From an uncultured Verrucomicrobiae bacterium (lineage in GTDB: Bacteria > Verrucomicrobiota > Verrucomicrobiia > Chthoniobacterales > JAFAMB01): DNA of 64,000 bases. Of the stretch, positions 30,569 to 40,048 are shown piece by piece. Below the pieces are notes generated by a model, which made no database searches, was not told the origin of the DNA, and worked only from the letters and a program-made list of their open reading frames with translations. The translations under genes and the position numbers were made by a program. The number at the start of each line of letters is the position of its first letter. Position 1 is the first letter of the stretch. The DNA lies in assembly GCA_963837955.1 (NCBI GenBank), contig CAWIPH010000002.1, positions 4,800,001 to 4,864,000 on the forward strand, in the 5' to 3' direction.

Positions 30569-31096
30569 TTACTGCATTGCAAGCGGAAGTCCGTACACGC
30601 TAAATGGAACTAGATCCAGTGAAGTGGTCACATTCCAATGAGCTTGAACGATTCCTAAGTTTGTATCAAAGAGCGGAGCACCGCCCGTTGTGTTTACATG
30701 ATCAAAGTATTTCGGTTTTAGAGTTCCTCCGTCGAGCGGAGTGTAAACGATCTGGTTTCCCGACAACGCAAATTCCTCGAACAAACCCGCACGCACGCAG
30801 ACTAGCAAGTTTCCCGCGGGTTCACCTGGAGGCAAAGGTGAACCGAACTTGATACCAGGATCGATTGCGTAGACCTGGAAAGCCGATGCGCTTTTTATTG
30901 AGGCAAACATTACCTCGGCCAAACTCTCATGCCTAGCTTCGAGGGCATTTGCGCCGAGCACTTTGTACTGCCGAATTGCTGCTGTGAGCATAAAGCCGGT
31001 AGCAGCTCCGATGACAACGACCGTGGCTATGAGCGCCGCCAGCATTTCTATCAGTGTAAAACCGCTTTCCGTTTTTCTGGAAACCGCTAGGTTCAT
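30569..31096 (-). CDS. minor pilin (PilW-like)
   Basis: Class III signal SG^FTLIEML. Confidence 0.85.
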   Translation of the reverse strand: MNLAVSRKTESGFTLIEMLAALIATVVVIGAATGFMLTAAIRQYKVLGANALEARHESLAEVMFASIKSASAFQVYAIDPGIKFGSPLPPGEPAGNLLVCVRAGLFEEFALSGNQIVYTPLDGGTLKPKYFDHVNTTGGAPLFDTNLGIVQAHWNVTTSLDLVPFSVYGLPLAMQ

Positions 31097-31560
31097 GGGG
31101 TTGACGTTGGCAATGGATTTAGCGTAACCGTTTTGGTGAAGCTTTTGACAGCTTCATCCCCATTGCCCGGCACGATGTATGTAAGAGTTAGTTGACTCCC
31201 AGGTACGGAGGTAATCGTATAACTAACCAGATCGTCATATTGGGGATTGGTTTTTGGGCTATTGATCTTCAGGGGATGATATAAGAAACCAGCGACCGGA
31301 TCTTGGGGATCATCCCATTCAGGAATTCCCCCCTCAGACGGAGTAGTCGGGAACGGTTTGGCGCTGCCTGGAGCAAAGGTTTGTAGTTCATAATATTCTC
31401 GAAGGATCCGGTCTGCCCGATGATCTAACCGTGCGAGTAGGGCCTTATAATCGGCGAGTCGCCACGTCGCAGTAATGCCGAGGGCGGCTAAAGACAACAC
31501 AACGCAGGAAGCTAGAACCTCGATAAGTGAGAACCCATGGGAGTAACGGTGATTATTCAT
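31093..31560 (-). CDS. minor pilin (PilV-like)
   Basis: Class III signal HG^FSLIEVL. Confidence 0.85.
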   Translation of the reverse strand: MNNHRYSHGFSLIEVLASCVVLSLAALGITATWRLADYKALLARLDHRADRILREYYELQTFAPGSAKPFPTTPSEGGIPEWDDPQDPVAGFLYHPLKINSPKTNPQYDDLVSYTITSVPGSQLTLTYIVPGNGDEAVKSFTKTVTLNPLPTSTP

Positions 31561-33289
31561 CCTCTTCTTGGGCGGACTTTTTTGTTCGAACCTCTTTGCC
31601 AGCGCTTCCTACCGGTAGCGGAGGTTCTCCTGGAAGATCAGAAGATTCACTAAGAACTCGCTCTTCGCTCCGGCCCAGGCGATCCCGCCGCTGGTTAGTC
31701 GCTGGTATAATGGTGGGCGAAACGACGACGATCAGATTGGTTCGCTGATTCAAGTGTGCCTTCGTGCGGAATGCGTAGCCGAGCACCGGTATTTTAGAAA
31801 GGCCGGGAACACCATTCTGATTGAAGGTTGCGCTGTCTTGTAGGATTCCGCCGATTACCGCAGCTTGGCCGCTCTTGATCGTAATATTAGCAGTGGTGCT
31901 TCGGGTGGAAATAATCGGGATCTGAGTGGTCGTCCCAGGCTGAGCTGCGCTTGTACCGGCGATCGTCGACAATGTTGGATTCAGATTCATGTCGACCAAA
32001 CCGCCGTCCAAGATGCGCGCAACGACATCAATGGTTAGCCCGGTAGTAAATGTATAGGGAGTAGTGCTCGGACCGTAAGATTGCGTGCCAGGAGTCTGCA
32101 AGAAAATGGTCTGCTTAGTGTCTGACCTAATGGTAACTGGCATACCACTCTTTGCTACCGTCATGGGAGAGTTATTTGTGCGGATACGCCCTTTCGCTTG
32201 CAGCGCTTGGACGACTATTTGAACATCCGAAAGATTTAACACGAGTCCGCTCGAAAAGAAGGATCCGGGTGCGAGAAGTTTACCAGTAACCGTCTGAAGA
32301 TTGCTCGCCGGGGGTATACCACCGCTGCCGGTCAAAGAAAACTTAGCTCCTTGCCCATTTTGCAAACCGAGCGTTTGACTCCAATCAATCCCGCCACCGA
32401 TAGAATTCGTATCGCTTACTTCGATCACATAGGTCTTTATTAAGATTTGTTGCTCTCTGTGATCCAGGCGCCGCAGCTCGGCGCTCACGAGCTCCTGCTG
32501 ATCCGGCGTAGCTCGAACGACAAGCGAGTTGCTGCTGCGTTCCACGAAAATCGAAGTCTGGTCATTTTTCTGAAATCCGCCCATTGAAAGCGGCGCGTCG
32601 AAAGGAGATCCTGGCTCGAAACGCGGGCGGCTTTGATCAGAGCCGGTACCGCTCGAAACGGCCAACGCGTCTTGGGTGACATTGGTAGTGTTCTCTGGCT
32701 TGGGGTAGGCTGGAAAATTCGGCGCTGCCTGATTGACCTTAATTCCGAGGAAATTGGCGATCGGTTGCAAAAGGAACTCCGCCGGCTGATTTCGGATAAC
32801 ATAACGCTTGGTGACGTAGAAACTTGGATTCTCAATATCGGATCGGCGCAATGTGTACTGCTGGCCATCACTCACGACTTGAAATCCCCGAGATTGAGCA
32901 ATCTGATAAAACGCTTGGAGCGGAGTCAGGTTCGTCAATGTAACAGAGATATGCTCGTCTGCGGGAATATTAGGCTCGATATAATTTACACCCGCCTGTT
33001 CAGCGAGGATCCGTAAGACCCGAGCAATAGGCTGATTAGTATAACGATGCGTTCTCGGCTTATCCGGCGGCATCTGCGCGGCGGCGGCTGCCTCGGAGTT
33101 TTCACGCTCGCGCAGGAGCCGTTCAATTTGGTCTACCACCGTATCATTAGGTTGGTTCCCTTCTCCAGAAATTGATTGAGGATTAACATTCCCGCCCGAA
33201 GGCGCTGTTGGACTTGGACTCACGTCGGGTAAGTTCTGACTTAGAGCCAGCGTGGGTAATAAGGCGACGAGAATATGAATTCTATTCAT
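31553..33289 (-). CDS. pilQ: secretin, PilQ/GspD family
   Basis: Signal peptide, N0/N3-like regions, SGQAAVIGG...VPGLSKIPVLGYAF...LIVVVSPTII. Confidence 0.93.
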   Translation of the reverse strand: MNRIHILVALLPTLALSQNLPDVSPSPTAPSGGNVNPQSISGEGNQPNDTVVDQIERLLRERENSEAAAAAQMPPDKPRTHRYTNQPIARVLRILAEQAGVNYIEPNIPADEHISVTLTNLTPLQAFYQIAQSRGFQVVSDGQQYTLRRSDIENPSFYVTKRYVIRNQPAEFLLQPIANFLGIKVNQAAPNFPAYPKPENTTNVTQDALAVSSGTGSDQSRPRFEPGSPFDAPLSMGGFQKNDQTSIFVERSSNSLVVRATPDQQELVSAELRRLDHREQQILIKTYVIEVSDTNSIGGGIDWSQTLGLQNGQGAKFSLTGSGGIPPASNLQTVTGKLLAPGSFFSSGLVLNLSDVQIVVQALQAKGRIRTNNSPMTVAKSGMPVTIRSDTKQTIFLQTPGTQSYGPSTTPYTFTTGLTIDVVARILDGGLVDMNLNPTLSTIAGTSAAQPGTTTQIPIISTRSTTANITIKSGQAAVIGGILQDSATFNQNGVPGLSKIPVLGYAFRTKAHLNQRTNLIVVVSPTIIPATNQRRDRLGRSEERVLSESSDLPGEPPLPVGSAGKEVRTKKSAQEEDE

Positions 33290-33872
33290 CGTGATTTGGC
33301 GAAGGTTTCCTGCGTTCTAACTGGATGCGTTCGGGGATATAGTCACCCTGGTAAGGAATTTTACAGAGAGCGGATTTGAACCCTGGGAGCAAAAGCGTAA
33401 CGCCGTTGGTTTGGATTTCGCCAACCTCGAGGAAGATGCTCTCTTTGGTTCCCTCGGTTTTTTCGAGTGGAAGTCCGTAGGTTTTAGCAAGTTCTTCTAG
33501 CTGCAGAAGTTCGTTCTGGCCGATCGACAGAGGAATTTTCTCTCCTTGAGTAAACGCGACACCGTTAATGAGCGCAATGCCCCGAGTTGCCGTGTCGCCG
33601 GTGCTAACTCCCTGAACAAAGAGTTCATTCTTAATGGCTTGGATAATCGTGTCCAAGTACTGCTGAGCTGCCTTCGCTGTGAATGATGCCCCAAGATCAG
33701 TGCCTCCGCGGACCAGAGTTTGCTTAGCGTCAGCGCTGATGAAAGGGTCCCGCGTCGACGGTGCGTATCGAAACACATACAGATCCGGCAACCTCGGAAG
33801 AACCACGTCAGCGGAGTTCGCGTACTCCGAAGAAGCCAAAAGAATCATGGAAAGCGCGAAATAGGGTCTCAT
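33282..33872 (-). CDS. PilP-like periplasmic protein
   Basis: Signal peptide, RDPF motif, ALING...GE; directly before the secretin gene. Confidence 0.6.
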   Translation of the reverse strand: MRPYFALSMILLASSEYANSADVVLPRLPDLYVFRYAPSTRDPFISADAKQTLVRGGTDLGASFTAKAAQQYLDTIIQAIKNELFVQGVSTGDTATRGIALINGVAFTQGEKIPLSIGQNELLQLEELAKTYGLPLEKTEGTKESIFLEVGEIQTNGVTLLLPGFKSALCKIPYQGDYIPERIQLERRKPSPNHDE

Positions 33873-34444
33873 TTTCCGTTCATTAATCGGATTGTGAAAC
33901 GGGAATCGAGATAGGTCGGTGCGGTCGAGAAGGCAGGGACACCGGCAGGCCTATTCAGTGCGACCTTATCGAAGTAGAGAAAGGCATTGGCATTTTCAAG
34001 CTCCGCGATGAGCGAGACCGCTCTGGTGAACTCGAGAGTCGAAGATCCGGCGACATAGATAAGAGCTGTTTCGCCATTTGGTACTCGAGACGGCTGTGTA
34101 ACAACGCCCATCTCGGTCAGCCGACTGATTACGAAAGGCTCTTGATCGCCAGTGTCGCGATTCGCAAGGAGCGACCGATTGGTTGAATTCCGGCTCATTT
34201 CCAAGCTCTTTGTCCTAGCAATCGATTCGTTTAATCGCGTGAAGAGAGCGCTAATTCTTACTTGGCTCCGCTTGAGACCATTAATCTCCGCTTCCAGCCT
34301 ACTGTTCGCTTGAGTCTGAAGCTGATTAGTCAACGTTAGGTCTTCGAGGCTGGACCAACTTCGGACGAGTAGGAAAGCTTCCACACCCAGCAAGAGAATG
34401 ACTAAAAAGCAGAGTGAGGCGACAATCTGAAAAACTGATTTCAT
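33869..34444 (-). CDS. PilO-like bitopic membrane protein
   Basis: N-terminal TM, coiled coil, short C-terminal alpha/beta domain; operon position. Confidence 0.55.
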   Translation of the reverse strand: MKSVFQIVASLCFLVILLLGVEAFLLVRSWSSLEDLTLTNQLQTQANSRLEAEINGLKRSQVRISALFTRLNESIARTKSLEMSRNSTNRSLLANRDTGDQEPFVISRLTEMGVVTQPSRVPNGETALIYVAGSSTLEFTRAVSLIAELENANAFLYFDKVALNRPAGVPAFSTAPTYLDSRFTIRLMNGK

Positions 34445-34462
34445 AAGGTTGCAGCAAGCGAC

Positions 34463-35110
34463 TCACAACGAATCCGGCTCGGAGATCTTGGTGAGACCTA
34501 GACTTAGGTAGTTGCCGTTGGGTTTAATGGAATACTGGATTTGAATAGGAACCAGCCCGTCTGATCGCTTATCAAGTTGAGTGGTCCGCAAAAGTTCTGA
34601 ACCAGGCGGGAGGATTTTTGCGAGATTATCTTTGAAACGATCAATCGCGTCGTCGCTTCCCAGCTTAGCAGTTCCTTGCAAAAGCAATGTGTAATCTTGC
34701 GGTACGCGGTATATACCCCCGCTAACGGCGACTGCCTGGTAGTTCCCAGTCTCAATAAGAACAGAGTCGAGCACAACGTCAGAGGGGATGCCTTTTTGGA
34801 TGGCCGAAAGAAGGGCACCGTTGGGAATACGATTACGCAATACCGGTTCCCATTGGCGGATTTGCCCGAGCTTTTGGCGCAAGTCGCGAAGGTTTGCATT
34901 CTGACTTTGCAAATCTGTCGCTTGAATTAGCACCCGTGATCGGATGGCGATCTGCTCCTGAAAATGGTTCCAAAGGAAAATTCCGAAAGCGCCCAGCGGC
35001 ACCTGCAGGAACGCCATAGCAAGCAGCAACGATCCAGCGATCCGAAATGCCCGGTCATGTTTATATCTTTGCAGCAGAATCCGTTCAGGAGAGACAAAGA
35101 GATGTTTCAT
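34463..35110 (-). CDS. PilN-like bitopic membrane protein
   Basis: TM + coiled coil + IPSDVVLDSV...LLLQGTA (PilN-like); ATGA coupling to the upstream gene. Confidence 0.7.
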   Translation of the reverse strand: MKHLFVSPERILLQRYKHDRAFRIAGSLLLAMAFLQVPLGAFGIFLWNHFQEQIAIRSRVLIQATDLQSQNANLRDLRQKLGQIRQWEPVLRNRIPNGALLSAIQKGIPSDVVLDSVLIETGNYQAVAVSGGIYRVPQDYTLLLQGTAKLGSDDAIDRFKDNLAKILPPGSELLRTTQLDKRSDGLVPIQIQYSIKPNGNYLSLGLTKISEPDSL

Positions 35111-36141
35111 ACAATTTTGCTTTCGAGCCACATGAGGAGATATGCCCTCGCATCTCTGACCTCTTCTCGTGTTCCGTTTGCGTTTCGGACGATAATTTCA
35201 GCTCCATGAATCCTTTCTAATGCTTCTCCGTCTAGTGCGAGTCCCTGTAAGCGCGACGCCAGGGTTCTTGGCGACTCGGCGCCCGACCATACGCAAATGT
35301 ATGGTTGCTGATTAGCGTCTAATTCGGTGGCGATTGCCCCGAGCTCCTTCTCAACAAAATCGATATCTCTCTCGTACTGCCGAATAAGTGTTACCGCTTG
35401 GTTCTGAATGGCAGCGACGACTATCGTTTGTTTCAATAGGAGAACTAGAAATCCGGTGCGAGGTCCTAGAGGGATCTTTTCCATGAACCAACGCAAAGAG
35501 ACGATAGGAACAGGTATAATGCCGAGTAATGATCCTTGCTGACTCTCTGCCCACGCTTCGCATTCCTCGCAGTACTCCCTTGGAATCCCAACGATCATTA
35601 AGTGGCCATGCTGACGGTCAATAGGCCCTTTTATCTCTCGAAGGTTTGGACCCAAAACTGACCACCGGAACTCACGCGTGTCGTCCCAGGCACCGATTAC
35701 TTGGCGAGGCTCTTCGTGAAGGCTCTCCAGAAGACCTTCGACGGAATAGTCCCGCAAGTTTTTAGTATTGTGCATGTTGCAATAAAGATCCTCGACGCCA
35801 AAGTCTGGAACGAGGACGATTTTCGGTGAGCCGTGCAGGCGATTTCTCGCGAATAGCTTGGCCGTAAATGCTTTCGCCACAGGAGACGATCCCCTCGGAG
35901 TCGTCGGAATGGGTGGATGATCGGCGATTTCGCCAATCTTATCTTCATAGGCCGCTGCCCTGTGACGGCGGACAACCACTACCGATGCGGCTTCCGACGA
36001 AAGAAAGAATAAGACGATCGGTTCGTCTTGGGAAACCAACCCGCCCGCCATATAATATCGCAGAGGAAAGTTCCGAAAATAATGAGCGAACGAATAATTC
36101 ATGGCGCCTGTTTTCTTACCAGCTTCATCTATTCTTAACAA
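35107..36141 (-). CDS. divergent PilM/GspL-like cytoplasmic protein
   Basis: Soluble ~340 aa protein between pilC and pilN; beta pattern FLVLLLKQTIVVAAIQNQAVTLIRQY; alternative start at 36102. Confidence 0.5.
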   Translation of the reverse strand: MLRIDEAGKKTGAMNYSFAHYFRNFPLRYYMAGGLVSQDEPIVLFFLSSEAASVVVVRRHRAAAYEDKIGEIADHPPIPTTPRGSSPVAKAFTAKLFARNRLHGSPKIVLVPDFGVEDLYCNMHNTKNLRDYSVEGLLESLHEEPRQVIGAWDDTREFRWSVLGPNLREIKGPIDRQHGHLMIVGIPREYCEECEAWAESQQGSLLGIIPVPIVSLRWFMEKIPLGPRTGFLVLLLKQTIVVAAIQNQAVTLIRQYERDIDFVEKELGAIATELDANQQPYICVWSGAESPRTLASRLQGLALDGEALERIHGAEIIVRNANGTREEVRDARAYLLMWLESKIV

Positions 36142-36158
36142 CTCTTTTCTTTTGTGTT

Positions 36159-37376
36159 CTATATACTTTGTAGAATTTGGACGGCTGGCAAAAAGGTGGC
36201 GAATACAATCCCGCCAATAACGATGCCCAAAACGATGATAAGTAATGGATCCAAGATTTGGCGAATCGCTCCGAGGTACGCGTCCAATTGCCGCTCAAGC
36301 AGGTCCGTGAGCCGAAATAAGCCTTCGCTACCCGCCCCTGACGCCTCCATGAAGGTCAAGCCGTTTACTACTAAGTCACCGAAGATTTCCAAATCGTTCT
36401 GGAGTGCCGCCGCGAAGGACTCGCCCCGATGCACGCGCACCAGAGTGCGAGCCACCGCGGATCGATATTCATAATTCCAAGAGAGATCTCGACACAGGAG
36501 CAAAGCCTGCGTTGTCTTTGCGCGAGCGGTTTTGAGTTGGGCAAACGTGCGACTGAAATTAGCCCGAATAAGCAGCAAAAGTAGTTTACCAAATATTGGA
36601 ATGCGGAACACAAAGCGATGGAGACGCGGTGTCCGTCTCACAATTGCTGGGAAACGCAAGATTGCGGTTACAACCAGAGATAGTCCGATCGATAGAAGAA
36701 TTGGATGTTGCGAACTAAATTGAGAAGTCTGTAAAAGCAGCTGGGTGGGAAGCGGCAGTTCCGCATGCATTTCGCCGAGGACATGAATGAATTGGGGCAC
36801 GACTTTTGTCATCAAGAGCCAAACCACGCCGCACGCGGCTATTAGAACGATGACCGGATAAATCAACATCATGAGCATGCGATATCGTAAATCATCGTTA
36901 CGAGCCCAGATCTTGCGCACGTTAGTTAGTGCTTCACTTAGAGTTCCCCCCTCCTCTCCAGCAGTAATAAGGCCGGTCGAGACTTCATCGAAGATCTGCG
37001 GATAAGATCTTACGGCCTGTGAAAAGCCTGAACCTCGGGTGACTTGGTCCCTTAGGTCGGCAATCACGCTTGCCATGCGACGACCGGCCTTTGTCCGTTG
37101 AGAGGTGGTATTTAGGCAGATTGCGAGCGCTGTACGGAAATCCATCCCCAGATAGGCGCTAGTCTCCAGTTGCTCAATAAAGGTTAGCTTGGTACGGAGC
37201 GGAACCTGAATTGATTGAGTGCTCGCCTTCGACCTCTGGGCCAGCGAGACGCTGATTACTGGCCGATTTAGATTGATTAGTCGAAGATTCAATTCGGCTG
37301 ACGACGCAGCGTCGATGCTAGCCCTGAGGTAGGGCGCGCCTTTAGCCTCTTGCGTGATGTACTCGTAGCGAGCCAT
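36159..37376 (-). CDS. pilC: platform protein, PilC/GspF family
   Basis: AGEEGGTL, LIYPVIV, VVPQF...LPLPT, LDPLLI...FLP. Confidence 0.93.
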   Translation of the reverse strand: MARYEYITQEAKGAPYLRASIDAASSAELNLRLINLNRPVISVSLAQRSKASTQSIQVPLRTKLTFIEQLETSAYLGMDFRTALAICLNTTSQRTKAGRRMASVIADLRDQVTRGSGFSQAVRSYPQIFDEVSTGLITAGEEGGTLSEALTNVRKIWARNDDLRYRMLMMLIYPVIVLIAACGVVWLLMTKVVPQFIHVLGEMHAELPLPTQLLLQTSQFSSQHPILLSIGLSLVVTAILRFPAIVRRTPRLHRFVFRIPIFGKLLLLLIRANFSRTFAQLKTARAKTTQALLLCRDLSWNYEYRSAVARTLVRVHRGESFAAALQNDLEIFGDLVVNGLTFMEASGAGSEGLFRLTDLLERQLDAYLGAIRQILDPLLIIVLGIVIGGIVFATFLPAVQILQSI

Positions 37377-37423
37377 TAGTCAGCGTTGACGGTTCTGAGT
37401 TTGTGGCCAGTCGTGTTCTAACT

Positions 37424-37879
37424 CTAAGGCGTGGGTGAGGGAGCGCTCGTCGGAATGTTATATTTCGCCAGGTAGGGATTGTTGCTCCCATCTGCTGGTT
37501 TGAACCAGGGACTTCCGCCCCAGGTATCGAGTTGGAAATTGCCTCCTGTACCTTGGTCAAGATCGGTCTGAGATTGGAGCTGTTGACCAAATCTTAACAA
37601 ATACTTCTGCAGAGTTGGGAAATCGACGGGGTGTGAATCAGGAAATGGAGTAGGCGAGGGAGCAACCGCTGCTTCCGCATCCAGTTGATATTGCACTTTC
37701 GCTTTCTGAATTGCATCGAGGCGATCCGCAACCATCGCAGCTTGTGACTTTTTCATGGAATCGACTATCGCAGGATAAATAATCGCAGCGAGCGTAGCGA
37801 TGATGGTCAGTACGACGAGCAGCTCGACCAGCGTCAAACCTCGCTGCGTTTTGCTTTTTTTAGCGAAACTGTTTTGCAT
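37424..37879 (-). CDS. major type IV pilin/pseudopilin
   Basis: KKSKTQRG^LTLVELLVVLTIIATLAAIIYP; first gene of the operon with GAGG RBS. Confidence 0.9.
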   Translation of the reverse strand: MQNSFAKKSKTQRGLTLVELLVVLTIIATLAAIIYPAIVDSMKKSQAAMVADRLDAIQKAKVQYQLDAEAAVAPSPTPFPDSHPVDFPTLQKYLLRFGQQLQSQTDLDQGTGGNFQLDTWGGSPWFKPADGSNNPYLAKYNIPTSAPSPTP

Positions 37880-37899
37880 GAGATTTCTCAACCTCGTTC

Positions 37900-37942
37900 T
37901 ATTTTGATTACATAATAATGTTATGTTGTTATGTATTAACAA
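37900..37942 (-). promoter_or_regulatory. AT-rich promoter region of the pilin operon with repeated sites
   Basis: Tandem TGTTATGT repeats and a TACATAA...TTATGTA inverted pair just upstream of the pilin start. Confidence 0.35.
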
Positions 37943-38249
37943 AGCCCGTTTCTAGATAAGAGAGCGCTCCCGAGCAATCACAAAATCAGGATCCGAAGAA
38001 AGATTTAACGTATTTGTCGCAGAGTCAGTGAGTATCATTGTCTGTTCGCATCAATGCGGAATTTTAGAGCTGTGGTCTCACAGCATAATGCGCTAAGCGC
38101 AGAATTTCGGGACCAAAAAAAATGGCGCCTGCAAAGGATTATTCAGAATCTCCTCGTTCGCAGAGATCACTGCAGACACGCAGGACGTCGCGGATCCTGG
38201 CTTCGTAGTTTTTCAGATCCTCAAAATTGCGAATCCCCGCATCCTTTTG

Positions 38250-39092
38250 TCACTTCGCTACGGAAATTGTGAGCGACTCAGCTTGATAATTTAGGTCGAT
38301 AGAAAGTCCACCAGTTGAATTGCCTCCCTGGAACAGAGCGGAGGCGTCGAGCCCCTTGGCGATGAGCTGGTTCGGAGATCGCATCTCACTCACCCAAACA
38401 TCTTGTATCCGAAGACGGTGTGTTCGTTCTTGCAGATCCGGTACCGGCAAATTGCGGCAACCATCAACAGTGCTGACAAATCCGACTAGCTGATCGTCGA
38501 CCCAGAGTAACCCGTCAGCATTCTGATCGACCATCCGTAGCTGAATGGTTCCGTTGCGCGCCCTCTTTTCATTCAAGATGCGTCGGTACTCGACCACAGG
38601 AGGCGGCCACTCTTCATCAGGAATGCGCCCGGATTCTGCGACTGTTAAAGCGCGGTCATAGCCACTGCCATACGTCGGCGCGAAACGCTTGCCGAGTTCG
38701 CTGAAATACAAAAGGATCCTATTTAACGTCGTTCGCCCGGCTGTTGAATGGCTCAGCTGTTCGGCAGCCCAAGCGTCCGCTAACGCTTCGTTTCTGGTGT
38801 GGAGCGCGAGGTGGCCGTACTCGTGAACTCGAAAGAAAAAGGATGAACCAGGATGAGCCCTATCGATCTTGATCGCTCGTTTCGGACAAAGAAAGATAAC
38901 TCCGTGCGGATTGAAGAGTGTCGGCTGGAACGCGATACCGATCCCACCATTCGTTTTAGTACAATCTTCGCGAACCGGAACGTTCTGCAGCGAGGGCGGC
39001 GGCACCCATTGGGCCCGTCCGTTCCAGATCCCGCCGAAAAGTAACCAAGCAGGACATGCGAGCACAAAGACATTCTGCCTGAACCTGCTCAT
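38250..39092 (-). CDS. exported protein with HExxH zinc-metallopeptidase-like motif
   Basis: Signal-like N-terminus; HEYGH...NEALAD; C-terminal beta domain. Confidence 0.7.
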   Translation of the reverse strand: MSRFRQNVFVLACPAWLLFGGIWNGRAQWVPPPSLQNVPVREDCTKTNGGIGIAFQPTLFNPHGVIFLCPKRAIKIDRAHPGSSFFFRVHEYGHLALHTRNEALADAWAAEQLSHSTAGRTTLNRILLYFSELGKRFAPTYGSGYDRALTVAESGRIPDEEWPPPVVEYRRILNEKRARNGTIQLRMVDQNADGLLWVDDQLVGFVSTVDGCRNLPVPDLQERTHRLRIQDVWVSEMRSPNQLIAKGLDASALFQGGNSTGGLSIDLNYQAESLTISVAK

Positions 39093-39369
39093 GCGATGAG
39101 CCCTTGAACGGCCTGTTTCGCCTCCGCGCACCACAGGTGGAGAGAGCAAGCGACGCTCTGAATCAGGATGCAGCAAACCAACCGCCAGAGTAAGCCAAGC
39201 GGGAGAGCGCATTTCGTTCACAACTCATCCTAATACACAAAGCCACCAAAAGGGCATAAAGCGCGAGGAGCAAAAACCACCGCCTAACGCTTTGATTCTG
39301 CCGGGTCGGTTGCTCATTTGGCTTGGGTGGAACCGCTGAGCCAGCGTTGAGGGATAACTCTCTTTCACT

Positions 39370-39987
39370 CTAGTCGCCAAAGGCTGAACCGAGACCCGTT
39401 ACCGAAGTGTGTCCAGTAAGTTTCAACACGAACTCCGTGCCAACCGGAACGTAGAGATAAAGTCCGTCGCGATAGATTGCTTTCTTAATCTTTGCGTTAT
39501 CCTGTCCGGTTTCAGCCTCTTCGCCGGCGAGCCCCTCTTTTCTGGTCTCATCCAACAGTGTTCCCTCTACGCCAATCTGGTGATCGCTGAGGTAGAATGT
39601 CCAGCGTCCCCGCCCGAGGATCCGGCCGCGTTCCGCATCACAAAAGCCCTGGCCGATCACCTTAGAACCGGCCGGTATCAATACTTGTCCAGCGGTTCCT
39701 AACACGTCTTGGTAAACGCTACCCGTAATTGTTACCCTCTCGTCGAGGTTATTGACTGCGCGTCCTAGCTTGCAATGAACGACTGTCTCATTCTCGGGCT
39801 GGTCTGCTCCAGAGCCGCAGTAGACAGAAAAGAAGCTCATTTGACCTGGCCAAGGAGTCGGAGTTGGCAACGCCGCACGGGGAGCGTTCCCGACAATCTT
39901 TGGCGGACTCTGAGCTCTCAAAGCAAACGAGCGGGCGTGTTCTGTCTCGGCTTTGAGTATCAAGATAAGGAAAAGGTAAGCCAACAT
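39370..39987 (-). CDS. stand-alone VirB10/TrbI-like protein
   Basis: Pro linker (LPTPTP) then VHCKL...ITGSVYQDV....QVLIPAGSKVIG...RGRI...GLAG...YVPVGTEFVL. Confidence 0.65.
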   Translation of the reverse strand: MLAYLFLILILKAETEHARSFALRAQSPPKIVGNAPRAALPTPTPWPGQMSFFSVYCGSGADQPENETVVHCKLGRAVNNLDERVTITGSVYQDVLGTAGQVLIPAGSKVIGQGFCDAERGRILGRGRWTFYLSDHQIGVEGTLLDETRKEGLAGEEAETGQDNAKIKKAIYRDGLYLYVPVGTEFVLKLTGHTSVTGLGSAFGD

Positions 39988-40048
39988 GTGTAAGTAGGTT
40001 TCCCAATCAGCAGGAAATTATCTTCTTACAGAGGGAACCAATCAGTGA

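Noticed and set aside
29133..31560. Verru_Chthon four-gene cassette
   Set aside because: Only three minor pilins, and no very large (>1000 aa) member.
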